From positions 1-42,248 of the IMG/VR virus record IMGVR_UViG_3300045988_085462: a DNA stretch of 42,248 nucleotides; one strand, 5' to 3'. This DNA comes from a virus. Position numbers and translations under genes: made by a program. The notes under the pieces were generated by a model that searched no databases, had not been told where the DNA came from, and saw only the letters and a program-made list of their open reading frames with translations. The first letter of the stretch is position 1. Every line of letters begins with the position of its first letter. Below are positions 23,899-31,386 of this stretch, in pieces.

Positions 23899-23971
23899 TG
23901 CCGCGTGCAGGAATCGAACCTGCAACGACCCGGTTATGAGCCGGATGCTCTGCCGGTTGAGCTAACGCAGC
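23899..23971 (-). tRNA. tRNA with anticodon CAT (elongator Met or Ile2), no encoded CCA
   Basis: Hand-folded: acceptor GCTGCGT/ACGCGGC, D-arm GCTC/GAGC, anticodon arm TCCGG-CTCATAA-CCGGG, T-arm GCAGG-TTCGATT-CCTGC, discriminator A. G1-C72 argues against an initiator. Confidence 0.8.
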
Positions 23972-24043
23972 GCAAAAGAATGCCCGCCTGCAATGCACGG
24001 TGCACATCATGCATAACAGACGGGTAAAAATATTTTCGAATAA

Positions 24044-24052
24044 ATTGTATCA
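24044..24052 (-). promoter_or_regulatory. Candidate extended -10 promoter (TGaTACAAT) upstream of the tRNA pair
   Basis: Minus strand reads ctgcTGATACAATtta, about 70 nt upstream of the tRNA-CAT 5' end. No good -35. Confidence 0.3.
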
Positions 24053-24062
24053 GCAGCTTTTG

Positions 24063-24281
24063 CTAATCTGCGCGGATAACAGGCCGCGCCCCTTGCATAC
24101 AGCCGCGCCCTCCGATCTCTGCCCTCGTCTCACGCTTTGTGCGGCTCGCCTGAAAACCGATACTCCAGACGATGCGCACAAAATTACTTTTGAATGCTAT
24201 TTGAAAAATTTCCCGGAACACAGGTGCAAGCACGCAGCTTTTTGCAATAGACAAAAACAGTTTGCCGAAAAATTCAAGCAT
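24063..24281 (-). CDS. Hypothetical small protein (72 aa)
   Basis: GGAAAGGAG RBS 8 nt before the ATG at 24281. Weak coding look in the C-terminal half. Confidence 0.35.
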   Translation of the reverse strand: MLEFFGKLFLSIAKSCVLAPVFREIFQIAFKSNFVRIVWSIGFQASRTKRETRAEIGGRGCMQGARPVIRAD

Positions 24282-24300
24282 GGATTGCACTCCTTTCCAA

Positions 24301-24319
24301 GGTGTCCACAGTGGACACC
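24301..24319. repeat. 19-bp palindrome GGTGTCCACAGTGGACACC (copy 2 of 3)
   Basis: Exact match to 14652..14670 and 39866..39884. Confidence 0.9.
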
Positions 24320-24475
24320 CGCCGGGTTTGATTTTATTTTGCGTGCGCCGCTGGATCTTGAAGCGGACGGCGCGGTGATCCATTGAGCACAGGAAGATTC
24401 AAAAAGCCTGTGCTATGCTTCCCGCCGGGTCTCGTCATGAGGATGCAGGTCATTCACGTTTCCGTCAATGTCTGC

Positions 24476-24553
24476 ATTATAATTTTAGCACATCAAAATG
24501 GGACATTCTGGACATTTCGACCTTTTTGTGACATTCCGACCATTTTGTGACAC
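24476..24553 (-). promoter_or_regulatory. Candidate activator-dependent promoter: TATAAT (24481..24476, minus) with an upstream array of direct repeats
   Basis: Minus strand reads TGTCACAAAATGGTCGGAA TGTCACAAAAAGGTCGAAA TGTCCAGAA TGTCCCATTTTGATGTGCTAAAATTATAAT. No TTGACA-like -35. Confidence 0.4.
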
Positions 24554-24604
24554 GGCTTTTGCGTAGCTACGCAGAGAAGTTGTACAATGTGAATTTTGTG
24601 TCAA

Positions 24605-24811
24605 TCAGAAAAACCCGGTCATTTTGAACACAAGACACGCCATTGTGTACCCAAGAACGCCGCCCAGCACGACAGATGCCGGTGTGAACACCATGAGTAT
24701 CTTCCGCACTGTCCACCCGCTTTTCCATGCCCATCGCACGGAAAGCATACACACCGGAATGCTCAAGCAAGCCATAAGTACAGTGGCTGCCAGCCAATAA
24801 AGCAAAAGCAT
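24605..24811 (-). CDS. Small membrane protein (68 aa, 2-3 TM segments)
   Basis: GGAGTG RBS. Hydrophobic sequence MLLLYWLAATVLMACLSIPVCML .. VVLGGVLGYTMACLVF. Confidence 0.6.
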   Translation of the reverse strand: MLLLYWLAATVLMACLSIPVCMLSVRWAWKSGWTVRKILMVFTPASVVLGGVLGYTMACLVFKMTGFF

Positions 24812-24829
24812 ATAGTCACTCCAGTCCCT

Positions 24830-25423
24830 CTACGCATCTGCATCCATTTTCGCGCCACAGGATGGGCAGTAGTTCCACATATCGTCCGGCGGCTCATAAT
24901 CCCAATCGTTAGAGATCTCGCAGCCACAGCACGAGCATTGGAACCGGGTAGCCATAACCGGGTCATCGTCGTCTACCGGTTTCCATGTGGCTCGCCGGGG
25001 TTTTGGCGCTGCGTTTGGCATAGCGTCAATAAAATCCTTCACGTCCTGTAACGTGTGAATTTTTCCATCGGCCGCAAACACATCAAGCATGATTTCCGGG
25101 ATGCCTGCGTCCTCGTATTTTTTGAGCCCCTCCCGAACGGTAGCAAGAGCCCACGACAGTGTGTAGTGCTCCGCCAGCAGTCCCTCTATAGTCTCCGGGC
25201 CGTCGAACAGGTGCTCGAACAGGGTCATATCGAACTCCTCCTGCGTTCCATCGGTGTCGATATCTGCATTGTGTGCCTTAATAAGCTGCTTCATGTAGTC
25301 ATTGAGACTTATACCCCTGCTGGGCATCTGCACCCATCCGTCCTCGCCGCGAACAAACAGATTAAGAGCCTGCGAGTAATTCCCATCCGGTGTATCGGTC
25401 GTTATTCTTCTCTGTGGAAACAT
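24830..25423 (-). CDS. Hypothetical protein with a C-terminal zinc ribbon (197 aa)
   Basis: GAGGAGG RBS. C-terminal CSCCGC....(18)..CPSCG. Confidence 0.7.
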   Translation of the reverse strand: MFPQRRITTDTPDGNYSQALNLFVRGEDGWVQMPSRGISLNDYMKQLIKAHNADIDTDGTQEEFDMTLFEHLFDGPETIEGLLAEHYTLSWALATVREGLKKYEDAGIPEIMLDVFAADGKIHTLQDVKDFIDAMPNAAPKPRRATWKPVDDDDPVMATRFQCSCCGCEISNDWDYEPPDDMWNYCPSCGAKMDADA

Positions 25424-25435
25424 ATTTTTTCCTCC

Positions 25436-25816
25436 TCACAATGCAGTCCACTCAGGACTTGTGTTGCTTTTTTGAATGGTTTCTGTCGGAATTGGCATAT
25501 CCTCCGGTTTTACACCGGCGTTTTTCATCTTGGAGCCACACTCACCGCAGTATTTGTCAGCCACACAGTCAATGTGGTGGCATTTCTTGCACCGAAAGTG
25601 CTCACATGAAAATCTGTACGGATTCAACTCCCACTCGGAAACCGGCCGCAGCGTTTCCGGGTCGATGGTGGGAAGGTTTTCGGTCTCTCTCAATACTTTC
25701 GCAAAAGAACGGATGTCAGCACTCTTTTCCTTGGCTGATTCTGCTAGGTTTTTTAAGCTATTTCCCAGCTCTTCGACGGCATTGATTGCCCGTGCTATCT
25801 TTTCTTTCTCATCCAT
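25436..25816 (-). CDS. Hypothetical protein with a C-terminal Cys/His cluster (126 aa)
   Basis: AGGAGG RBS then ATG at 25816. CEHFRCKKCHHIDCVADKYCGECG. Confidence 0.65.
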   Translation of the reverse strand: MDEKEKIARAINAVEELGNSLKNLAESAKEKSADIRSFAKVLRETENLPTIDPETLRPVSEWELNPYRFSCEHFRCKKCHHIDCVADKYCGECGSKMKNAGVKPEDMPIPTETIQKSNTSPEWTAL

Positions 25817-25991
25817 TTTTATCCTCCTGTCCGGCTTGCCGGTTAAAATACACCACCGGAGAAACGCCGCGTTTATCACAGTCCTTTTCTTTTTTTATGC
25901 AGTACCTAGTGAACGCTAACACGCATTCAAAAGAGTTTGGCTCAGTCCTCAAAGAACACAGATAACGTGCCCCGCAAGAACTACAATTCAT
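25809..25991 (-). CDS. Hypothetical small Cys-rich protein (60 aa)
   Basis: GAAGGTG RBS then ATG at 25991. MNCSSCGARYLC...C....YC.....C. Confidence 0.5.
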   Translation of the reverse strand: MNCSSCGARYLCSLRTEPNSFECVLAFTRYCIKKEKDCDKRGVSPVVYFNRQAGQEDKNG

Positions 25992-26009
25992 AAAATCACC
26001 TTCCATCCA

Positions 26010-26675
26010 TCAACTCAACAGCAACTCAACAATTTCATTAAGAAATCGAACAATTTCATATACTGCGTGCTGAAATTTTCTTGTCAGCCTTATCGGCTGC
26101 TGACCCATAAGGGGTGTCCCATCGTCGTTTTTTCTCCACCACAGACGGCTCCACATCGGGCATCCCGGTTTTTCGCAATCGTAGTAATACTGATCTGTCC
26201 AACCATGGTATTTTCTGAACACGCAGCCTGCACATGGATTTTCAAGCGATTTTTCTTTTTCTGCCTTCTTTTTCAATTCTTCGATCGTGATGGTTTTAAC
26301 TCTTCGATTTTTACGTTCTGGGTGATTTTCAATCCAGATAGGGCATGTATGGTCTTCGCATATTTGTTCAACTATCGTTTCATCCGCATAAATAAACGAA
26401 GTAAGTTTCGAGCATCCATCACATGCGTTGAAATCGCTTTCGCCCATCTCGTAGTGCAACTGGTTAAACACTTCAGCGTTCTTTTGTCCAGAACAATTTT
26501 GCGAAAAAGTCTCATAGTTTGCATATCTGGCAGCGTCTAGGTAACGCCCTATTTCAGCTTCCAACCCAGCCGCACGGGCTTGCTCAAAAGTAATCGACCC
26601 CGATTCAAAATCGCTTGCAAGTCTTTTAAAATATTCGTCTGTTAGCAGGCTGCTACCCACAAGATCACCCCACAT
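26010..26675 (-). CDS. Hypothetical Cys-rich protein (221 aa), lower-GC segment
   Basis: The ATG at 26675 overlaps the upstream stop codon. Several CxxC/CxC pairs (CDGC, CAGC, CEKPGC). Confidence 0.65.
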   Translation of the reverse strand: MWGDLVGSSLLTDEYFKRLASDFESGSITFEQARAAGLEAEIGRYLDAARYANYETFSQNCSGQKNAEVFNQLHYEMGESDFNACDGCSKLTSFIYADETIVEQICEDHTCPIWIENHPERKNRRVKTITIEELKKKAEKEKSLENPCAGCVFRKYHGWTDQYYYDCEKPGCPMWSRLWWRKNDDGTPLMGQQPIRLTRKFQHAVYEIVRFLNEIVELLLS

Positions 26676-27111
26676 TCTTTTGGATCCACCGGTAAACCCT
26701 CCGGCGAATAGATTCTGCATCCACGTCAAAGCCCCGCTCGGTAAGCTCCACGGCAACGTCCTGCGGCTTTTTGCCCTCTACGCAGATCGCCGAGAGCATT
26801 GCCCGAAGCTCCGGGTCATCGCAGTCCTCTACCATGTGCACGCCGATGTTGTACAGTTTGCTTTGCATACGGTTGATGTCTTTCAGCCGCCGGATCTCCG
26901 CAGCACGCTGGTTATAGGAGGAATCTGCGGTCCCGGTCACTGTTACATGACCGAGAACGCAGCTGTTTCCCTCGCCGTGAGAAGCTTTTACCACATCCGA
27001 GGCAGCCTGCGGACCATCCGCCTGTAAAATCTCCAGCCGCTCGATGCGCTGCCGACGTTTGGCAATGTCATAGGGTATTGCATATAGACGGCGAAATTCG
27101 TGTGGCTTCAT
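26665..27111 (-). CDS. Sigma-like / RinA-DUF1492-like phage transcriptional activator (candidate late regulator)
   Basis: GGGAGG RBS then ATG at 27111. N-terminal EFRRLYAIPYDIAKRRQRIERLE and C-terminal DPELRAMLSAICVEGKKPQDVAVELTERGFDVDAESIRRRVYRW (region-4-like HTH). Confidence 0.55.
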   Translation of the reverse strand: MKPHEFRRLYAIPYDIAKRRQRIERLEILQADGPQAASDVVKASHGEGNSCVLGHVTVTGTADSSYNQRAAEIRRLKDINRMQSKLYNIGVHMVEDCDDPELRAMLSAICVEGKKPQDVAVELTERGFDVDAESIRRRVYRWIQKNVG

Positions 27112-27129
27112 CCGGCAACCTCCCAAAAT

Positions 27130-28545
27130 TTATTTCAGCTCAAAGTAATTCGTCAGAATATCCGTAATGCCGGAATAGAAACCTATCCAGCCGCAGGTGA
27201 AGAAGCTGTTGTCCTGCAGAATGATGGCGTAGTCATCACAGGTCTGACCGGCGTCCTCTCTGGTGGTGTCTACCCGCTTCCACATCGTTGCCCCGCCGGG
27301 CAGAGGCTGCTTGTAATACGCAAGCCGGAAACGCACATCTTCCCATTCCAGTTCCCACGCTGCATTTGCACCCAGCGTTTTTTCTGCCAGTTTGTGCATC
27401 GTGTTATTTCCACGCACGCAAATATTCGAAATTGCAGGACATTCTTCTTCTGCATTTCCCGTTTTTTCGGGTGCGGCTGCAGCATTCTCCGGTTCCATCC
27501 CACGGTTTTGCTCCACCCGCACTGTCTGGACACCCGCAGTTTTGTTTTCCACAGCAATGGCAGCATCCAAAGACAACCTTCCTCGATTTTGACTGCAAAT
27601 CCCATTTTCTAGGCACGCCTTCACAAATCTTGCCCATGTGAACGTAAACTCTCCATTTTTGCTGCCCCAGAATCGTATTTTGCCGTAGCTATAATCAACA
27701 AACCCATCTTTTAAGCTTTGTCCGCAAAGGTCGCCTTTTGCATCTATAAGGGCTTTTGCTGTAAATTCTTGAACTGATTTGACCCAATCTGATGCGCAAA
27801 CCTCTTTTGCGCATTCAAGAACCCATGCTGGGTACGCAGTTTTCGGTACCGTTTCCGCAGGTTCTTCTTTCTGCTCCGGTTCTTCCGGTGCAGCACCCAT
27901 AAAGCGCGCATAATCCTGTGCGCTGCGGTACGCTTCCATCAAACCGATCTCTCCGGCCTTCAAGCGCTCCTTGATGACCTCATTCTCGCAGGATGCAATC
28001 ACGTTCAGCCGGGCAGCAGCGCCGGTGGACAAGCCCAGAATGCGGCAAACCTCGTCTCGCACCTTGCCTTCCAGCTGTCCGGCTGCTTTTTTCTTGGTCA
28101 GCGCATCCTTCAGCGCCTCGTATTGCGCCAGACGCTCGCCATCGGTCAGGTCGCGGGCGGTAGCGTTCGCCGTGATAAGCGCAATGCGGTCATCCAGTTT
28201 GCCGTGGCTTTCCCTAATCAAACAGGGGAGAGAGTCAAACCGGGATTCTCCGCACGCCGACAAGATGCCACACGCAGCCCAGCGCCGGTGCCCGCTGATC
28301 AGCATATAGCGATCCGGGGCATCTTCCACCGGAATAACCTCCAGCGGCTGCCGGAGACCGTGCTGCTGGATATCATCCTTCAGACCATCCATGTTGCCGA
28401 TGGTATAGATCTCGTCATTGTCCGGGTTCGGGATGATATTCCGGCTCGGAATCATCACCACCTGCATCTGCTGCCCCGCCGGGGTGACCGTCTGGCTCTG
28501 GGCATTCATCAGGCTGTTCAACAATCCAGTGCTCATGTTATTCAC
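27130..28545 (-). CDS. parB: ParB-like protein (N-terminal ParB/Srx domain plus HTH) with a ~255-aa uncharacterised C-terminal extension
   Basis: IIPNPDNDEIY.. and LISGHRRWAA (GxRR box). Immediately downstream of and overlapping parA. Confidence 0.8.
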   Translation of the reverse strand: MNNMSTGLLNSLMNAQSQTVTPAGQQMQVVMIPSRNIIPNPDNDEIYTIGNMDGLKDDIQQHGLRQPLEVIPVEDAPDRYMLISGHRRWAACGILSACGESRFDSLPCLIRESHGKLDDRIALITANATARDLTDGERLAQYEALKDALTKKKAAGQLEGKVRDEVCRILGLSTGAAARLNVIASCENEVIKERLKAGEIGLMEAYRSAQDYARFMGAAPEEPEQKEEPAETVPKTAYPAWVLECAKEVCASDWVKSVQEFTAKALIDAKGDLCGQSLKDGFVDYSYGKIRFWGSKNGEFTFTWARFVKACLENGICSQNRGRLSLDAAIAVENKTAGVQTVRVEQNRGMEPENAAAAPEKTGNAEEECPAISNICVRGNNTMHKLAEKTLGANAAWELEWEDVRFRLAYYKQPLPGGATMWKRVDTTREDAGQTCDDYAIILQDNSFFTCGWIGFYSGITDILTNYFELK

Positions 28546-29332
28546 CCTCCACGCATTTTTTTACCAGCTGCGCCAGTGCCTTATACTGGGCGCTGGTCTT
28601 GATGTTCCTACAAACCTTGTGCACCGGCAAGTGCCGCGCCTTGGCTTCCTTGACCTTCACGCTGTAATCGATGCGCAAAATACTGTTGTCCGGGTTGCGG
28701 AAGGCGGGCAAGTCCATGTTGGCGATCTCATTGATGGTGTCCACACTGTACCTGCCACGGGTGTACTTGGTTGCCAGCACGCCCATCACTTCCAGTTGCG
28801 GGTTGTAGTTTTCCCGGATGGCGTCCACCTGCTCGCGTATCTCGTCCATGCCGTCCATCGCCCACTCATCGCAGTCAACCGGGATGATCACCCAGTCGGC
28901 GGCAGCCAGCGCATTGACGGTAGCCATGTCGATGTCAGGCGGGCAGTCGATAATGCAGTAATCGTAGTCGTTGTGGATGGTGTCCAGCGCCTTGCGCAGC
29001 CTGTCCCACTGCGGCCGCAGCACATCCAGCATCACGTTCTTGTTGGCAAGCAGCATCTCCATGTTGCTGGGTGCCAGATCAACGTGCTCAAAGTCCGTCT
29101 GCATGATCACATCCTGCATTTTGGCATTCAGGGTGAGCACGTCGCCCATGGTCTTGCGGCCATAAGCAAAGCGGTTGAAAAACTTGGTGGTGTTGCCCTG
29201 CTTGTCCAGATCCATCACCAGCACCCGCCGGGACCAGATCTCTGCCAGCAGGCAGGCGAGGTTGCAGGCGGTGACGGATTTTCCAACGCCGCCTTTTAGG
29301 TTGATGATCGCGATTTTTGCCATTGTTCTCAT
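28538..29332 (-). CDS. parA: ParA/Soj-family partition ATPase
   Basis: Deviant Walker A: IAIINLKGGVGKSVTACNLA. Also VLVMDLDKQGN. ATG at 29332 (an alternative is at 29323). Confidence 0.9.
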   Translation of the reverse strand: MRTMAKIAIINLKGGVGKSVTACNLACLLAEIWSRRVLVMDLDKQGNTTKFFNRFAYGRKTMGDVLTLNAKMQDVIMQTDFEHVDLAPSNMEMLLANKNVMLDVLRPQWDRLRKALDTIHNDYDYCIIDCPPDIDMATVNALAAADWVIIPVDCDEWAMDGMDEIREQVDAIRENYNPQLEVMGVLATKYTRGRYSVDTINEIANMDLPAFRNPDNSILRIDYSVKVKEAKARHLPVHKVCRNIKTSAQYKALAQLVKKCVEGE

Positions 29333-29348
29333 GACGATATCCCCATTC

Positions 29349-29525
29349 TCAAATTCTTGCGGCTTTTGCGGCCTGCTGCTGGATGCTGTCCCAGCTTTTT
29401 GCAAACCACGCAAGCCATGTTGTGCATTTCTTGTAATAATTCGGCGAGCACGCCTTACAGGGGCAGCTGCGGCAAGGGCTGCTCTTCGGGAGAGGGTAGA
29501 GCTCCTCGTTCCAAATCTCCTGCAT
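29349..29525 (-). CDS. Hypothetical small Cys/Trp-rich protein (58 aa); below the ORF-track cutoff
   Basis: GGAGG sits 9 nt before the ATG at 29525, which overlaps the rep stop codon by 1 nt. Sequence MQEIWNEELYPLPKSSPCRSCPCKACSPNYYKKCTTWLAWFAKSWDSIQQQAAKAARI. Confidence 0.55.
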   Translation of the reverse strand: MQEIWNEELYPLPKSSPCRSCPCKACSPNYYKKCTTWLAWFAKSWDSIQQQAAKAARI

Positions 29526-30400
29526 CAGCGCCTACCTCCTCCGCCAGCTGCGATGCTGTTGCCCTTTGCCTGATAGTAATGCTCCATGGTAGTGGGAGCG
29601 TTCAGCAGCACCGCCCGTATGTAGCCCCGGATATTGTGGACAGGCTTTGTGCTGTTGAGCAGGGCATCCAGAACGTACTCGATGTGCTGGCTGGTAAGCT
29701 TGTCCAGCCGCTTGCGGATGGACTGCGTGGTCTGCGGATACTGCCCGATAATCTGGATCGCGCCGGGGCAGCAGTACATATCCGCAATGTTGTCCAGCAG
29801 TTCCTCCAATTTCTCAGGCTCGTACCGGCGCTCCAGCGTGTCCAGTTCCAGCTGCTCCCGGAATCGTTCCAAGACATCCTCTCGTGCGGTATCCAATCCA
29901 TCCATCGTATCCGTTCCGCGCTCCTCGCGCGGATAGATAGGTTTCCCTATAGGTTTCCCTATATATTTCCTGTCTACACTTTTTGTAGGGGTCTGGATAC
30001 ACTTTTTGTAGGGGTTCGGATACACTTTTTGTAGGGGTACATTTTTTGTAGGGGTACAATTTTTGTAGGGGTCTGCGCCATCCTCCGGCACCGTTTCCGG
30101 CATCGGGTTTCGGACTGCAACGTACTGGTTCACGAGGATGCCGCCCACCATAGTTTTGAGCTCCTTCAGCAGCCCGCGTGCCACAAGCTTCTTGACGATG
30201 TTCCGGGCACCGTTTTCACTTAGCCCTATCCAGTCAGCAAGGTAGCCGTACCCGCCCTTATAGACGCTCTCGCCGTCCTGAGAGAAGCCGTAGATGATGG
30301 CATACACCGTCAGTTCGTTGCCCTCCAAGCCAAGCTCGGTGCGCATCCAACGCTGCAGGACAACGTAACTGTCCTGTTTCGGTTTTGTTTTACTTTTCAC
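29525..30400 (-). CDS. Replication initiator-like protein (N-terminal winged HTH, internal iteron-encoded linker, conserved C-terminal domain)
   Basis: N-terminal LGLEGNELTVYAIIYGFSQDGESVYKGGYGYLADWIGLSENGARNIVKKLVARGLL pattern. Five DNA iterons lie inside the ORF. Neighbours are ssb and parAB. Confidence 0.7.
   Translation of the reverse strand: MKSKTKPKQDSYVVLQRWMRTELGLEGNELTVYAIIYGFSQDGESVYKGGYGYLADWIGLSENGARNIVKKLVARGLLKELKTMVGGILVNQYVAVRNPMPETVPEDGADPYKNCTPTKNVPLQKVYPNPYKKCIQTPTKSVDRKYIGKPIGKPIYPREERGTDTMDGLDTAREDVLERFREQLELDTLERRYEPEKLEELLDNIADMYCCPGAIQIIGQYPQTTQSIRKRLDKLTSQHIEYVLDALLNSTKPVHNIRGYIRAVLLNAPTTMEHYYQAKGNSIAAGGGGRR
29937..29960. repeat. Tandem 12-bp repeat ATAGGTTTCCCT x2 (encodes GKPIGKPI)
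   Basis: ataggtttccctataggtttccctata, adjacent to the iterons. Confidence 0.8.
29980..30072. repeat. Five direct iterons TTTTTGTAGGGGT (spacings 23, 23, 17, 17 bp); putative origin of replication
   Basis: Copies start at 29980, 30003, 30026, 30043 and 30060, all in the same orientation and all inside the rep ORF. Confidence 0.8.
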
Positions 30401-30411
30401 GCCTTACCCCC

Positions 30412-30864
30412 CTAAAACGGCAGATCGTCGTTATCGCTTATCACAGCAAAGTCATCCATGCTGCCCTGCGTGTAGGCGCACTGCGGAACGTTCTGCGCGG
30501 CTTTTGCCTGCTGCTCGTAGGAGGGTGCGCGCTGACCGTCCTGACGCTTTGCACCGGCAAAGCTGATATTGTTTGCCACGACCTCCACAGCGGTGCGCTT
30601 GCTGCCCCACTTGTCCTGGTACTGCCGGGTCTGCAACCTGCCCTCAACGGCGATCATGCTGCCCTTCTGGAAGTACTTAGACACAAAATCAGCCTGCTGC
30701 CGCCATGCCACGATATCAATAAAATCTGCCTGCCGCTCCTGACCCTGCTGCGCATAGCTGCGGTCGCACGCTATGCGGAAGCTGCACACACTATGCCCCG
30801 CCGGGGTGGTGCGCAGCTCTGGATCAGCGACAAGCCTGCCCATGATCGCTACAACGTTGAGCAT
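30412..30864 (-). CDS. ssb: Single-stranded DNA-binding protein
   Basis: OB-fold N-terminus MLNVVAIMGRLVADPELRTTPAGHSVCSFRIA. Acidic tail ending in DNDDLPF. Confidence 0.9.
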   Translation of the reverse strand: MLNVVAIMGRLVADPELRTTPAGHSVCSFRIACDRSYAQQGQERQADFIDIVAWRQQADFVSKYFQKGSMIAVEGRLQTRQYQDKWGSKRTAVEVVANNISFAGAKRQDGQRAPSYEQQAKAAQNVPQCAYTQGSMDDFAVISDNDDLPF

Positions 30865-31145
30865 TTCAAATAATCCTTTCCGACCACCGCCATCCACTGG
30901 CGGTGACCATACACATCCTCAAAACTGCGCTGTGCCTGCTTTTTCAGGTACAGGCGCAGCTTGTGGTCAAAGTGAGCGCTGTAGCCCGGCTCGTTGTGGT
31001 GCCGGTGGCAGAGATAGACTTTCAGGCCGTACTGCTCCGCCACCGGGCGCAGCGGACCGTTGAGCACATGATGCTCCTCTAAGTCCTTAACGGTCACAAC
31101 GCCGTACTTCATCCGGCAGACGTAACACTCCCGCCGGGACTGCAT
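30849..31145 (-). CDS. Conserved small phage protein with a Cys/His zinc-binding motif (98 aa)
   Basis: CYVC...(17)..EEHHV......LCHRHH. ATG at 31145. Confidence 0.6.
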   Translation of the reverse strand: MQSRRECYVCRMKYGVVTVKDLEEHHVLNGPLRPVAEQYGLKVYLCHRHHNEPGYSAHFDHKLRLYLKKQAQRSFEDVYGHRQWMAVVGKDYLKCSTL

Positions 31146-31152
31146 GATGGAT

Positions 31153-31386
31153 TCAGACAAGGAAATCACGCCCTTCCAAGATCCGCTTGTAGGTTTCTGC
31201 GTAGGGGTAGATCCTAGCCATCTTAAACTCGCAAGTGACGGCATCCGTGACATCCGCAAGCAGCACAAGGTTCTCGCCCTGTTCGATGCTCTGCCGAAGT
31301 GCCTTCATGTACTCCACAAGGCTGCGCACCGAGTTTGCACTGTAGCCCTGCGCCATCAGCAGCTTTTTAAACCGTTTCTGTTTCAT
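31153..31386 (-). CDS. Hypothetical protein (77 aa)
   Basis: An ORF in the operon with compact spacing. Confidence 0.5.
   Translation of the reverse strand: MKQKRFKKLLMAQGYSANSVRSLVEYMKALRQSIEQGENLVLLADVTDAVTCEFKMARIYPYAETYKRILEGRDFLV

Noticed and set aside
23817-23971. Suppressor tRNAs or stop-codon recoding
   Set aside because: The anticodons are CCA and CAT, not CUA, UCA or UUA. All major genes read through as standard-code ORFs with no in-frame stops needing suppression.
29937-30072. Possible CRISPR array or minisatellite
   Set aside because: The repeats are 13 bp with 4-10 bp spacers, all inside one ORF and adjacent to replication genes. They are iterons, not CRISPR repeats. No CRISPR-like array was seen anywhere in the window.
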